Source: an uncultured delta proteobacterium (GTDB lineage: Bacteria; Myxococcota; Kuafuiibacteriia; Kuafuiibacteriales; Kuafuiibacteriaceae). From it: 64,000 nt of DNA. Below the pieces are notes generated by a model. That model ran no database searches, had not been told where the DNA came from, and saw only the letters and a list, made by a program, of their open reading frames with translations. The translations under genes were made by a program, and so were the position numbers. Below, piece by piece: positions 48,726 through 58,709 of this stretch. Location of the stretch: contig CAWDML010000001.1 in the NCBI GenBank assembly GCA_963803435.1, forward strand, positions 992,001 to 1,056,000. The letters run 5' to 3'. How positions within the stretch are numbered: position 1 is the stretch's first letter; every line of letters begins with the position of its first letter.

Positions 48726-49965
48726 GCGCGGGCCCCGGCGATATGCGATCGTCGGTGTGACCCTCACCGGTAACAAGGGCGGCACCAGCATGCTGTACGC
48801 CGCGCTCGACGAGCTCGGCGACGACGACGGCGTCGCCTTCGATCTGATCTCCGTCTATCCGGACGAGGATTCTCGAGAGAACACGATCTCGGAGCTCCGC
48901 ATCGTGTCGGCGCGCCCGCTCGTACTCCTGATGCATCTGCCGGCGGCGCTCGCGCTCTTTCCCGCGGCGCGCTTTCGGCTGGGGAGGAGGTTGCTCGGGA
49001 TCTCGCCGATCTTCCGGAGCTACCTCGCCGCCGACGTCGTCGTCGACATGTCGGGGATCGCGTTCTCCGACGGTCGCGGGCTGCCGACGCTCGCCTACAA
49101 CCTGGCGGTCTGCCTGCCGCCGGCGCTGCTCGGCCGGCCCGTGGTCAAGGTCTCACAGGCGCTCGGCCCCTTCCAGGAGCCGCTCAACCGCTTCTTCGCC
49201 GGGCTCGCGCTCCGCAGGATGGCCTTCGTGGTCGGACGGGGCCGGCGGAGCGGAGAGCACCTGGCGGAGCTCGGCGTTCGGGAGGCGAAGGTCCTCCCCG
49301 ACACCGCCTTCGCGATGAAGGTCGACCCGGGTGCCCGGAAGGAGGCGCGCGCGCTCCTCGACCGCGAGAAGCTGAACAGGCCCCTGGTCGTGGTCTGCCC
49401 CAGCCAGGTGGTCGACACCCACTGCCGGCGCAAAGGGATCGACTACGGGCGCGAGATGGCGCTCTTCGTGGCGCACCTGGTGCGAAGGGGGCGCGCGGTC
49501 GCAATCGTCGCGCACAGCACGGTCAGCGACGGCGAGCGGAACAACGACGTCTCGATCTCCCGCGCGATCGCCCGGGCGGTCGCCGAGCAAGGGCTCGAGG
49601 TCGCGGTCTTCGATCGGGACCTGGACGCGCGCGTGCTTCGCGCGATCATCGGCGAGGCCGACCTCTTCGTGGGATCCCGGTTTCACTCCATGATCTCGGC
49701 ACTGGCGACGGGGACACCGCCGCTGATCATCGGCTGGGGCCACAAGTACCGGGAGGTGCTGGAGCGCTTCGGTCTCTCCGACCTGGCGATGGACTGGTCG
49801 GAGGTCGACCATCGCGGCCTCGCAAGCGCCTTCGAGGCCCTCGAGGCCCGCGCCGCGCCGATCCGCCGGCAGATCGCGGAGGCGCTCCCCGAGGTCGTGG
49901 CCGAGGCCCGCGCCAACTTCGAGCTGGTGATGTCCGCGTGCCAGGCGCCGCCTGCCGTGGCATGA
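48706..49965 (+). CDS. Polysaccharide pyruvyltransferase (WcaK-like)
   Basis: GNKG, SQALGPF, PDTAF, GSRFHSMI and GWGHKY motifs. Confidence 0.88.
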   Translation: MRNTAAERGPRRYAIVGVTLTGNKGGTSMLYAALDELGDDDGVAFDLISVYPDEDSRENTISELRIVSARPLVLLMHLPAALALFPAARFRLGRRLLGISPIFRSYLAADVVVDMSGIAFSDGRGLPTLAYNLAVCLPPALLGRPVVKVSQALGPFQEPLNRFFAGLALRRMAFVVGRGRRSGEHLAELGVREAKVLPDTAFAMKVDPGARKEARALLDREKLNRPLVVVCPSQVVDTHCRRKGIDYGREMALFVAHLVRRGRAVAIVAHSTVSDGERNNDVSISRAIARAVAEQGLEVAVFDRDLDARVLRAIIGEADLFVGSRFHSMISALATGTPPLIIGWGHKYREVLERFGLSDLAMDWSEVDHRGLASAFEALEARAAPIRRQIAEALPEVVAEARANFELVMSACQAPPAVA

Positions 49966-49972
49966 GGTCTCC

Positions 49973-51349
49973 GTGGACCGAGAGAAGCCGCGCGCCGAGC
50001 ACCTCGTCGAACGGGTGGTCGAGGACGATCTCTGCATGGGTTGCGGGATGTGCGTCGCCTCCAGCTCCAAGGCGCGCATCAAGCTGGCCTACCACGGCGA
50101 GCGCGATCAGTTCCTGCCCATCATCGAGCACCGGTCGCCCGACGCCGGCGACGATCCCGACGTGGTCTGCCCGGGTATCGACGTCGACATGAGAGCGCTG
50201 AGCGAGAAGCGGTTCGGAAAGCAGCCCGACGATCACCTCCTCGGAGTCTACGAGCAGGTCCGCGTGGCCTACGCGGCCGATCCCGGCACCCGGGAGCGCG
50301 CGGCCTCGGGCGGCATCGTCCCGGCCGTGCTGCGTCATCTCTTCGACACGAACGCGATCGATCTCGCCTACGCCCTCGTCCCCGGGAAGGGGCCCTACGA
50401 CGCCAAGGGGCGCATCCTCCGCTCGAGCGCAGACCTCGAGCAGATCCACGGCTCTTGCTACCACCCGTTCGACTTCGGCTTCGAGCTCCGCGAGCTGGTC
50501 GAGGGTGAGGGTCGCTTCGCGTTCGTGGGGCTGCCCTGTCAGATCGCCGGGCTCGAGATGATGAAGGCGAAACGTCCCGAGCTGGCGGCGCGTCACGTGC
50601 TCTCGATCGGGCTCTTCTGCGGAGGCGTGAACAAGTTCAAGGCGATGGCCTACTACCTCGAAGGTCACGGCATCCCCTGGAAGGACGTCGAGGAGATCGA
50701 GTACCGGCGCGGCACCTGGCCGGGGAAGATGCGCGTCCAGCGGAGGTCGACGGGAGAGGAGGTCTCGATCCCGCGTATCGAAGGGAACTCTCGCTGGCAG
50801 ATCCTGCGCTACACGGCCGCGTTCCAGGGCTTCTGGATGCTGAAGCGCTGCCGGATCTGTCCGGATCAGATCGCCGACTTCGCGGACATCGCGGTCGGCG
50901 ACCCGCACGTGCCCAAGTATCGCGGGCAGAAGACGCCGGGGTTCTCGCTGGTGGTGACGCGGACGCCGCGCGGCGAGGCGCTGACCCGCGCGCTGGTGGA
51001 GAACGGCCTGCTGGTCGAGGAGCCTGCGTCGCCCGACCTGATCACCGAGTCTCAAAAGTACACGCTCGACAATCGCCGTCACGCGCCCGCGTACGCGCGG
51101 GTGGCCCGGCTCCTGGGGGAGCGTGCGCCCGAGATGACGACCTACCCGGGCGTGGAGCAAGGCATCCGCTTCCGCCACTACAAGTACGCGGCCATCGATC
51201 TCCTGAAGATCCTGCTGGGACGGGGCGAGCACCTGCGGCGCCTCTACGCCTCGATGCAGGCGTTTGATTACCTGTTCCTCACCTTCTACCCTTCCCTGTT
51301 CGTGAAGCGCTTGAGGAAGCTGCTCTCGAACGACGGCGGATCACGATGA
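49973..51349 (+). CDS. Coenzyme F420 hydrogenase/dehydrogenase beta-subunit (FrhB)-like Fe-S protein
   Basis: CMGCGMC, AASGGIV, VGLPCQ, IGLFC, EYR...WPG and RCRICPD...ADIAVGD motifs. Confidence 0.88.
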   Translation: MDREKPRAEHLVERVVEDDLCMGCGMCVASSSKARIKLAYHGERDQFLPIIEHRSPDAGDDPDVVCPGIDVDMRALSEKRFGKQPDDHLLGVYEQVRVAYAADPGTRERAASGGIVPAVLRHLFDTNAIDLAYALVPGKGPYDAKGRILRSSADLEQIHGSCYHPFDFGFELRELVEGEGRFAFVGLPCQIAGLEMMKAKRPELAARHVLSIGLFCGGVNKFKAMAYYLEGHGIPWKDVEEIEYRRGTWPGKMRVQRRSTGEEVSIPRIEGNSRWQILRYTAAFQGFWMLKRCRICPDQIADFADIAVGDPHVPKYRGQKTPGFSLVVTRTPRGEALTRALVENGLLVEEPASPDLITESQKYTLDNRRHAPAYARVARLLGERAPEMTTYPGVEQGIRFRHYKYAAIDLLKILLGRGEHLRRLYASMQAFDYLFLTFYPSLFVKRLRKLLSNDGGSR

Positions 51350-52137
51350 GGGACATGACGTTCTCGAGCTACGAGACGTTGCTCGAGGCCTCGCTCCGGG
51401 CGGGGCGCACCATCGGCACGGTCGCCGATCACCTCGAGGGCAAGCTCGGCGAGTTCGCGTTGATCCTCCGCCACGATGTGGATCGGCGGGTCGAGAAGTC
51501 CCTCGCGCTGGCGAAGCGAGAGCACCGGCGTTCGATCCGCGCGTCCTACTACTTCCGCCGCCACGGCGAGCGCTCGCCCTCGGCGGCCATCCGGCGCATC
51601 GCGGGCCTCGGACACGAGGTCGGCTTCCACTACGAGAGCCTGTCGCGCGCCAAGGGGGATCGCGTCGAGGCGCTCAGGCAGTTCGAGCGCGACCTGGCGG
51701 CGATGCGGGCGCTCGCCCCGGTCCGCACCGCCTGCATGCACGGGGCACCGCTGTCGCGCTGGAACAACGGGGATCTGTTGCGCGGCCTGGACCTCGCCGC
51801 CTTCGGGCTCCTCGGGGACGCTTTCCTCTCCTTCGAGGGCCGACCGATCCTGTACCTGACCGACACCGGCGGTCGGTGGGGCGTCGGCGGAGGCGCGAAT
51901 CTGCGCGACCGGATCGAGGGGAGCGCGTCCGCCGGTCGCACCCCTCCGAGGCGCACCGCCGAGGTCGCGGCCCTGATCGAGTCCTATCCCGGAACGCTGT
52001 ATCTCTCGGTCCACCCCGAGCGCTGGGCGGACGGCCCCGTCGACCTGGCCTACTGCACACTGGTGGATGCGCTGGCCGCGAACGCGAAGCGAACGCTCCG
52101 GATCGCGCGGGCGGTTTCGGCTCGGCTCAGCCGGTGA
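51346..52137 (+). CDS. Polysaccharide deacetylase-like protein
   Basis: ILRHDVD, GHEVGFHYE, CMHG, YLTDTG and HPERW motifs. Confidence 0.8.
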   Translation: MRDMTFSSYETLLEASLRAGRTIGTVADHLEGKLGEFALILRHDVDRRVEKSLALAKREHRRSIRASYYFRRHGERSPSAAIRRIAGLGHEVGFHYESLSRAKGDRVEALRQFERDLAAMRALAPVRTACMHGAPLSRWNNGDLLRGLDLAAFGLLGDAFLSFEGRPILYLTDTGGRWGVGGGANLRDRIEGSASAGRTPPRRTAEVAALIESYPGTLYLSVHPERWADGPVDLAYCTLVDALAANAKRTLRIARAVSARLSR

Positions 52138-52147
52138 GGCAGGCCTG

Positions 52148-54085
52148 GTGCTGAGCCCGCTCGCCGCCGCGATCGCCTTCGTCGTCGAATATGCGCTCGT
52201 GGCGGCGCTCCTGGCGGGCCTCGCCTGGCATCGTCTCGGCGCTGCGGGCGCCCGCGAGCGTCTCGGCCTGGCCGGGGTCGCCACCGCCTTCACGCCCTTC
52301 GTGCTGGGCGTCCTTCAGGGCGGGTTCTTCCTGGTCGCCCCTGCCCGGTCCCGGGCGCTCTATCTGGGCGCGCACGCGATCGCTCTCCTGGTCGCCGGGG
52401 GGCTCGGCCGGCGCGCGCTCTCTCGCGCGTTCGTCGAGGCCGGCGGCGCGATCCGCTCCGCCGTCCGGGCCGAGCGAGCCCGGGCGCTGCCGCTGATCCC
52501 GCTCCTCCTCCTCTCGGCCTTCCTCGTGAACCAGTCGGCCCGGATCGCGCTCTCCCCCCTCGACGCGCACGACGCGACCGTCTACGCGCTCGACGCCCGC
52601 CGCGTCTCCGGCGCCGGGCGCTTCGACGCGCTCATGACGCACGTCCCCGACGCAAAGAACCAGGTCACCAACCACAACCACGGTTCGTCCTATGCCTTCT
52701 ACCTGGCCTCGGCCCTCGGCTGGTCCGCCGACGCCCGGCAGGATCTCCCGGCGCGCGTCGCGCAGAAGCTGTGCGCGCTGCAGCTCTTCTTGGTCGCGCT
52801 CGCCCTCGGGATCTCGGTCTCCTGGTCGGCCGGGCTGGTGGCGCCCTTTCTCCTCCTCGGAAGCCGATCGCTCCCCTACGTCTTCACCGCCTCGAGCCGC
52901 GATCCCTACCTGATGCTGGCGCTCGCGACGGTGCTGGGAAGCCTCACCGTCTTCGCGCGACACCGAAGCGCGGCGACCTGGCTCGCCCTCACCTTCAGCT
53001 TCGCGTTCCTCTGCAACAGCCACAGCTCGAGCTTCACGCTGGCGCCGTTCCTCGCGGGGACCGCGATCCTGCTCGGACCCTCGATGCGGGAGCGGATGCT
53101 CGTCGCGGGCGCCGCCGTCGCCGCGCTTCCGCTCGGCGCGGGCAACGCCATCTCCACGCTCTATCGGACCGGGAGCCTCACCGGCGACTCGTTCTCGTAC
53201 TACCGCCAGTATGCGGGCACGGCGCTGCTCGACGCCGTCCTGAAGAAGCGAGGCACACCCGCGCCCGGCCTGGGGACCGCGCTCGCCAAGCTCTCGAACC
53301 AGATCAGCGGGGACGGAGCCCTCATCGTGGGCGCGCTCTTCGCCGGAGGCCTGGTCGTGCTCGGCCTCGAGCTCTACCCCCGGCTCCGCGGGCGCCGCCC
53401 TGGAGAGGTCCCCCGCGTGGTCATGCTCGCGGCCGGGGTCGGGCTCCTCGTCGAAGCGCAGATCCTCGGCTTCTTCGACCTGGTGGACCCGCGCATCAGC
53501 GGGCTGATGTTCACGAACCTGCGCTATCGACTTCCGGCCCAGCTCTTCGGGGCCGTCGCCGGCGCGTTCGTGGTGGGGATCGCCGCCGAATGGATCGCGG
53601 ACGGGCGCAGATCCTGGACCCGACGCCTGCTGGCGCCCTCGTTGCTCCTCGCGCCGGTGATCGCCGGTGCGTGGACGGCGCGCGCGCGCTGGCCCCGAGG
53701 TCACGCGGGACCCTTCGCCGACACCCGCGCCGCCGACCACTACCTGGCGACGCGGGTGGAGCGGTTCTCGTTCCTGGCCCGGTTCGCGTCGCTCCCCGCG
53801 AGCGAGCGCATCCTGATGGCTCCCGCGTACGACGCCTGGTATCACGCCGACAATGACGTGATCTCCTTGTTCGACCCGCGCCTCCGCCCCGCGTTCACCG
53901 CCCCGGACGTCGAAGGGGCGCTCGCAGCCCTCGATCGGCTCCAGGTTCGCGCCTTCTGCCTGCGTCCCTACGACCTCGACGTGCTCGCCCAGGGCCCGCT
54001 CGGGACCGCGCTGTCGGCGCCGTACTTCGAGATCGTGGAGGCGAACGCGCACTGGCGGATCGCGCGGCGAACCGGGAAGGAGTGA
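52148..54085 (+). CDS. Polytopic membrane protein, probable GT-C fold glycosyltransferase
   Basis: More than 10 hydrophobic segments, periplasmic loop with HDATVY, soluble C-terminal domain. Confidence 0.6.
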   Translation: MLSPLAAAIAFVVEYALVAALLAGLAWHRLGAAGARERLGLAGVATAFTPFVLGVLQGGFFLVAPARSRALYLGAHAIALLVAGGLGRRALSRAFVEAGGAIRSAVRAERARALPLIPLLLLSAFLVNQSARIALSPLDAHDATVYALDARRVSGAGRFDALMTHVPDAKNQVTNHNHGSSYAFYLASALGWSADARQDLPARVAQKLCALQLFLVALALGISVSWSAGLVAPFLLLGSRSLPYVFTASSRDPYLMLALATVLGSLTVFARHRSAATWLALTFSFAFLCNSHSSSFTLAPFLAGTAILLGPSMRERMLVAGAAVAALPLGAGNAISTLYRTGSLTGDSFSYYRQYAGTALLDAVLKKRGTPAPGLGTALAKLSNQISGDGALIVGALFAGGLVVLGLELYPRLRGRRPGEVPRVVMLAAGVGLLVEAQILGFFDLVDPRISGLMFTNLRYRLPAQLFGAVAGAFVVGIAAEWIADGRRSWTRRLLAPSLLLAPVIAGAWTARARWPRGHAGPFADTRAADHYLATRVERFSFLARFASLPASERILMAPAYDAWYHADNDVISLFDPRLRPAFTAPDVEGALAALDRLQVRAFCLRPYDLDVLAQGPLGTALSAPYFEIVEANAHWRIARRTGKE

Positions 54086-55065
54086 CGCGCGTGCAGGTCG
54101 AGAAACGCGCCGGCTCCACGATGCGACGGGTCCTCTTCTTCGTCCTCGAGGCGGCGGTGCTCGTCGGTCTGGGCGCGTATGCGGTCGCGCGCCTCCAGTG
54201 GAGCGCCATCGAGAACGTCGAGCTCAGGTGGTCGTTCGTCGCCGCAGGGTTCGCGGTCCACCTGATCTACCTCTGCTCGTACGTGCTGCTCTGGGACGTG
54301 ATCACGCGCCGCTACGACGTCGTGATCCTGCGCCGCTACTCCTGGCCCGTCTGGTTCTACAGTCTGATCGGGAAGTATGTGCCGCTCAAGGTCGGACCCG
54401 CGATCCTGCGCATCCTCGGATACAAGGCCCACGGAACGCACGCGCCCGATCGCCTGATCCTCTGCTGCTACTGGGAGTTCATCCTCTCCACCTACGCCGG
54501 CCTGATCGTGGTCGCCGCGCTGGCCGGGACCACCGACGTGATCCCGAGCTTTCCCGGGCGAGATGCAGCGCTCTGGATCCTCTTGATCGGACTCCTCCCC
54601 TTCCTCTGGCCTCCGCTCCTCTCGCGAGCGGTCGATCTCCTCTTTCGCCTCCTGAAGCGCCCGGCACCGGAGATGAAGTGGACGTTCGGATCGCTGGTCG
54701 CCCTGATCGTCGGCTACGCCCTCTCCTGGTGCCTCCTCGGCGCCTCGCTCTATCTCATCGCGAGCGCGCTCCGCCCGCTCTCCCCTTCGAACGTGGTCGA
54801 GACGACACTCGCCTACGGCCTGGCCGGCTTCGTGGGGAGCGCGGCGATCTTCGCCCCCTCGGGCCTGGGCGTACGCGACGGCGCCCTGATGTTCCTCTTG
54901 TCCCCCCTGCTCGGACGCGAGGGCGCCTTCGTCATCAGCGTGCTCGCGCGCGTGGTCGCGGTCCTCGCCGAGCTCGCCGCGAGCGGAATGGCGCTGATCG
55001 TCGACGGCACGCTCAGGCGGCTGCGCGCCTCGGGGCGGCCGGCGAGCTCGGACGGCGAGCTCTGA
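54082..55065 (+). CDS. Lysylphosphatidylglycerol synthase TM / YbhN-like flippase
   Basis: IGKYVP and APSGLGVRDG motifs. Confidence 0.85.
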   Translation: MTRVQVEKRAGSTMRRVLFFVLEAAVLVGLGAYAVARLQWSAIENVELRWSFVAAGFAVHLIYLCSYVLLWDVITRRYDVVILRRYSWPVWFYSLIGKYVPLKVGPAILRILGYKAHGTHAPDRLILCCYWEFILSTYAGLIVVAALAGTTDVIPSFPGRDAALWILLIGLLPFLWPPLLSRAVDLLFRLLKRPAPEMKWTFGSLVALIVGYALSWCLLGASLYLIASALRPLSPSNVVETTLAYGLAGFVGSAAIFAPSGLGVRDGALMFLLSPLLGREGAFVISVLARVVAVLAELAASGMALIVDGTLRRLRASGRPASSDGEL

Positions 55066-55108
55066 GTTCCGCCGTCTCGAACAGGTGAAGAGCGCTCGGG
55101 AGGGCCCG

Positions 55109-56724
55109 CTAGGAGCGTGTAGCGCGTAGCGCTACCGCGAGCCCGGTCCGGGTCCCGGTCCCGGTCCCGGTCCCGATGGCGATATCGAAAGTGACCATGC
55201 AAGCTAGCTTGCGGTAGCTCGTCCACTTTGACCAGCAGAAGTTCTTGGAGGTCGTTTCGTCTGGAATCGATCGTTGGGCGGATCGACTTCGACGCCTGGA
55301 CTTGATCCCATGGTTTCGTGGCGAAGCAATACCGTTCTTGGACTCCGAGACAATCGTTCTTGCTCCCGCCGTCCTCTCTCGAGTGGCTCCCAGAAAATCA
55401 TCTCGCGTACTTCGTCTTGGACGTCGTCGATGAGGTAGAGCTGAGCGCGATCGAGATCTCGATCCAGTCCAAGGACCCGCGAGGCGAGCGACCGTACTCG
55501 CCTCGAATGATGATCGCGCTGCTTCTGTACGCCTACTGCACCGGCATCTATTCGTCGCGGAGGATCGCGCGGGCGACCTACGAAGACATTCCATTCCGGG
55601 TGCTGGCTGGAGAGAGTCATCCCCACTTCACGACGATCAACGAGTTTCGGCTCGTCCACCTGGAGGCACTGAAAGCGCTCTTCCTCGAAGTCCTGAAGCT
55701 TTGCCAGAAAGCAGGTTTGGTGCGGCTCGGACACGTCGCACTCGATGGCTCGAAGGTGCAGGCGAACGCGAGCAAGCACAAGGCGATGACCTACGAGCGG
55801 ATGGCCGAGGAGGAGAAGCGGCTGTCTCTCGAGATCGAAGAACTGCTGGAGCGAGCGCGCACGATCGACCAAGAGGAAGACGAGCGGCTGGGCGTTGAAG
55901 AGACTGAAGAGGACATCCCAGCGGAGCTCGCTCGCCGTGAATCCCGCCTTGCCCGCATTCGAGAAGCGAAGGCTGCGCTGGAACAGGATGCCGCCAGGGC
56001 TCGCGCGGAGAAATTGCGCAGGCAAGCCGAAGAGCAGCAGAGCAAAGCGGATGATGCTCTTGTGGATCGGGTGGAGCAGAAGCGAGCGAGAACTCGAGCC
56101 GAGAAGGCAAGAGCGCAGGCTGACCAGCTCGAACCATCCCCAGACCCAACTGAACGAAATGATGGATGGCCGCATCATCGCGTTCCTGCAAATGTGGACG
56201 GCACACCGAGGCCCCACGCTCAGAGGAACTTCACCGACTCAGACAGCAGGATCATGTTGAAGGAGGGAGCGTACCTCCAGGCCTACAATGCCCAAGTTGT
56301 CGTAGATGAGCACGCTCAGGTGATTGTCGCCGAAGGGGTCAGCAACCAGGCACCTGATCAGCAACACCTCGTCCCGATGCTCCAGCCCACACCTGCCTCG
56401 CTCGCTCGCAAGCGAATGCGAGACAAGTTGCAAACGCGCGACGGCAAGGCGGTCTACGCCCGCAGGAAGAGTATCGTCGAACCGGCGCTCGGACAGATCA
56501 AAGGGGCACGAGGATTCCGCCGGTTCTCGCTACGCTCCTTCTTCAAGGTACGAGCCGAGGGGACGCTCGTCTGCCTCACCCACAACCTGCTCAAGCTCTA
56601 CCGATCGAAGCTCGCGACCGTCGCGAGCGTCTGACTCAAGGCAGCCATCTTCAGATCGGGACCCGGACCGGGACCGGGACCCGGACCGGGGTCGCGTGAG
56701 CGCTTACGCGCTACACGCTCCTAG
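55109..56724 (+). mobile_element. IS1182-family insertion sequence bounded by CTAG and ~70-bp inverted repeats
   Basis: Left end CTAGGAGCGTGTAGCGCG...(GGTCCC)n at 55108-55177; inverted copy at 56655-56725; lower GC inside. Confidence 0.88.
55318..56634 (+). CDS. IS1182 family transposase, apparently with an internal in-frame deletion
   Basis: LLPPS..EWLPENHLA, YSSRRIA, VALDGSKVQANASKHKAM, NFTDSDSRIM, YNAQ and RKSIVEP..GQIK present; ADxGY segment absent. Confidence 0.9.
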   Translation: MAKQYRSWTPRQSFLLPPSSLEWLPENHLAYFVLDVVDEVELSAIEISIQSKDPRGERPYSPRMMIALLLYAYCTGIYSSRRIARATYEDIPFRVLAGESHPHFTTINEFRLVHLEALKALFLEVLKLCQKAGLVRLGHVALDGSKVQANASKHKAMTYERMAEEEKRLSLEIEELLERARTIDQEEDERLGVEETEEDIPAELARRESRLARIREAKAALEQDAARARAEKLRRQAEEQQSKADDALVDRVEQKRARTRAEKARAQADQLEPSPDPTERNDGWPHHRVPANVDGTPRPHAQRNFTDSDSRIMLKEGAYLQAYNAQVVVDEHAQVIVAEGVSNQAPDQQHLVPMLQPTPASLARKRMRDKLQTRDGKAVYARRKSIVEPALGQIKGARGFRRFSLRSFFKVRAEGTLVCLTHNLLKLYRSKLATVASV

Positions 56725-56924
56725 CCGAAGGGGCCGGGATACCGGTTACACCGCGCCGCGCTGTCGACCACAACTCGCGACACCAACGGTCGCGTTCATG
56801 CCGATAACCGGTTCGGTCGTGCTCCGCGTCGATCCAGCTCCCAAACGACTGGCGCACCACCGTTCGATCGAGGGTTCGGGGCGGGTCGCGACGCTCGGTT
56901 CGACCCCACTGAAAGAGGAAGAAG

Positions 56925-58196
56925 GTGACCTCCGGACCGCTGGCCAAGGACGCTCGGATCTGCGTTCTTGGCGGCGGCCCTTCAGGCCTGACGGTGGCTC
57001 GCGAGCTCGAGCAGCTCGGTCACACGAACGTGGTGGTCCTGGAGCGCGAGTCCGAGGTGGGCGGGAAGAGCCACACGGTGTCGATCGAAGGCCGGCCTCA
57101 CGATCTCGGCGCGACGATGGGCGTCGACGGCAAGTATCGAGACGTCGTCCGGATGGCCAAGGACAGCGGAGTGAGGACGATCGAGTTTCCCACCGAGGTC
57201 CAGTACGATCTCGGTCTTGGCGGCCCCGCGCCCGACCGTAGCCCCGGCGGCCGCGTCCGGCTGCTGTACGAGGCGCTCCGGTACGCGATCGACAACACGC
57301 GCGAGGGTGGTCTTCAGGGGATAGAGGTCCCGAGTCACGAGCTGGCGGATTCGTTCCCCGTGGTGATGAACCGAAAAGGGCTCCCGACCTTCAAGCGCAC
57401 GATGGACACCTACCTCACCGGGTACGGCTACGGTGACCCGGAGCGCACGCCCGCAGTCTACGCCTATCGGATGCTCGACCTCCGTGCGATCACCGGCGCC
57501 GCCAAGCCGCGGCTCATGTGGGAAAACGGAACGCGGCCGATCTGGAAGGGTGTGGCGAAGGGGCTCGACGTCCGCACCAACCAGGATGTCCAACGGATCG
57601 AACGCACGGAGGACGCGGTCGTCGTGCACCTCGCGGGTCAGAAGGCCCCGCTCGAGTTCGATCGGCTGGTCGTGGCCTGCGACCCAAAGGCGGTCCTCGG
57701 CGTCCTGGACGCGACGCCCGAGGAGCGAGGCGTCTTCGGCCAGATTCGCCATGTGCCGTACTCGACCTTCGCCTGCCGCGTGAAGGGCCTCGCGGAAGGC
57801 AAAGCCGAGGTCGGCTACCTCCCGGAGAACATGCGACTCGACCAAATGGGGCGTCCCATGGCCTGGATCAAGCGCCACGAGGATGACGACGTGTTCGTCT
57901 TCCACCTGTTCGCCCCGGAGACGATGAGCGACGATGAGGTCCTGCAGAAGATCCGCGAGGACATGGGCAGACTCGGCGCAACGAGCGTTCACCTGGTCGA
58001 CAGCCGCCGCTGGAACTTCTTCCCCCACGTGGACGGAGACGCGATCCGCCTGGACAAGTTCTTCGAGCGTGCTCAGCACCTGCAGGGAGCCAACCGCACC
58101 GTGTTCGCCAACGAGGCGCTCTCGATGAGCACGATGGCCGACGTTGCCGGCTACGCCAAGAAGGTCGCCCAACGCCTCTCCTCCGGCGAGTGGTGA
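56925..58196 (+). CDS. FAD-dependent oxidoreductase (amine oxidase/protoporphyrinogen oxidase-like)
   Basis: ICVLGGGPSGL, LERESEVGGKS, DLGA and WNFFPH motifs. Confidence 0.85.
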   Translation: MTSGPLAKDARICVLGGGPSGLTVARELEQLGHTNVVVLERESEVGGKSHTVSIEGRPHDLGATMGVDGKYRDVVRMAKDSGVRTIEFPTEVQYDLGLGGPAPDRSPGGRVRLLYEALRYAIDNTREGGLQGIEVPSHELADSFPVVMNRKGLPTFKRTMDTYLTGYGYGDPERTPAVYAYRMLDLRAITGAAKPRLMWENGTRPIWKGVAKGLDVRTNQDVQRIERTEDAVVVHLAGQKAPLEFDRLVVACDPKAVLGVLDATPEERGVFGQIRHVPYSTFACRVKGLAEGKAEVGYLPENMRLDQMGRPMAWIKRHEDDDVFVFHLFAPETMSDDEVLQKIREDMGRLGATSVHLVDSRRWNFFPHVDGDAIRLDKFFERAQHLQGANRTVFANEALSMSTMADVAGYAKKVAQRLSSGEW

Positions 58197-58489
58197 GCGT
58201 CCGCGCTACTCCGCCGCCGCCTTCTTCCGCGCCATCTCCCGCTGCATCCGCCGCAGCATGAGGTCCACCCCGAGCGCCGCACGGCGGGCCTCCAGCACCC
58301 GAGCGAGGTGCAACCGCCTGCACGTCGGCGCTGCAGAAGTGGCACATCGCGGTGTCCGGATAGGGACCTTCTTCCTCCCCTCGAGACCGGCTGCGGCCAG
58401 CATCTTCGAGAGCGCGTCGGAGACGCCGAGCGCCCGACTGTACTCGTTGAGCGTCGCGACGCCCGAGGAGGCGTAGAGCTCACCCAGCT

Positions 58490-58696
58490 CAGACCGCGCT
58501 CCAGGAGTGGCCGACCAGGATCGGACGCGCCACGCCGAGCTCGGCGAGCGCGTCGTGGATCGCTCGGGCCTGAGCGTCCGGCGATCCGGAGTCCTCCGGC
58601 AGCGCCTCGCTGTGCCCGTGGCCCGGCCGATCGAACGCGATCACGTGATGGGTCTTCGCGAGCTCCGGGATGACCGCCAGCGCCCAGTCGTCGATT
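58490..58696 (-). pseudogene. Internal fragment of an alpha/beta hydrolase
   Basis: Minus strand IPELAKTHHVIAFDRPGHGHS...ILVGHSWS then stop; not in the ORF track. Confidence 0.75.
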
Positions 58697-58709
58697 CGGA
58701 GTACGCCAC

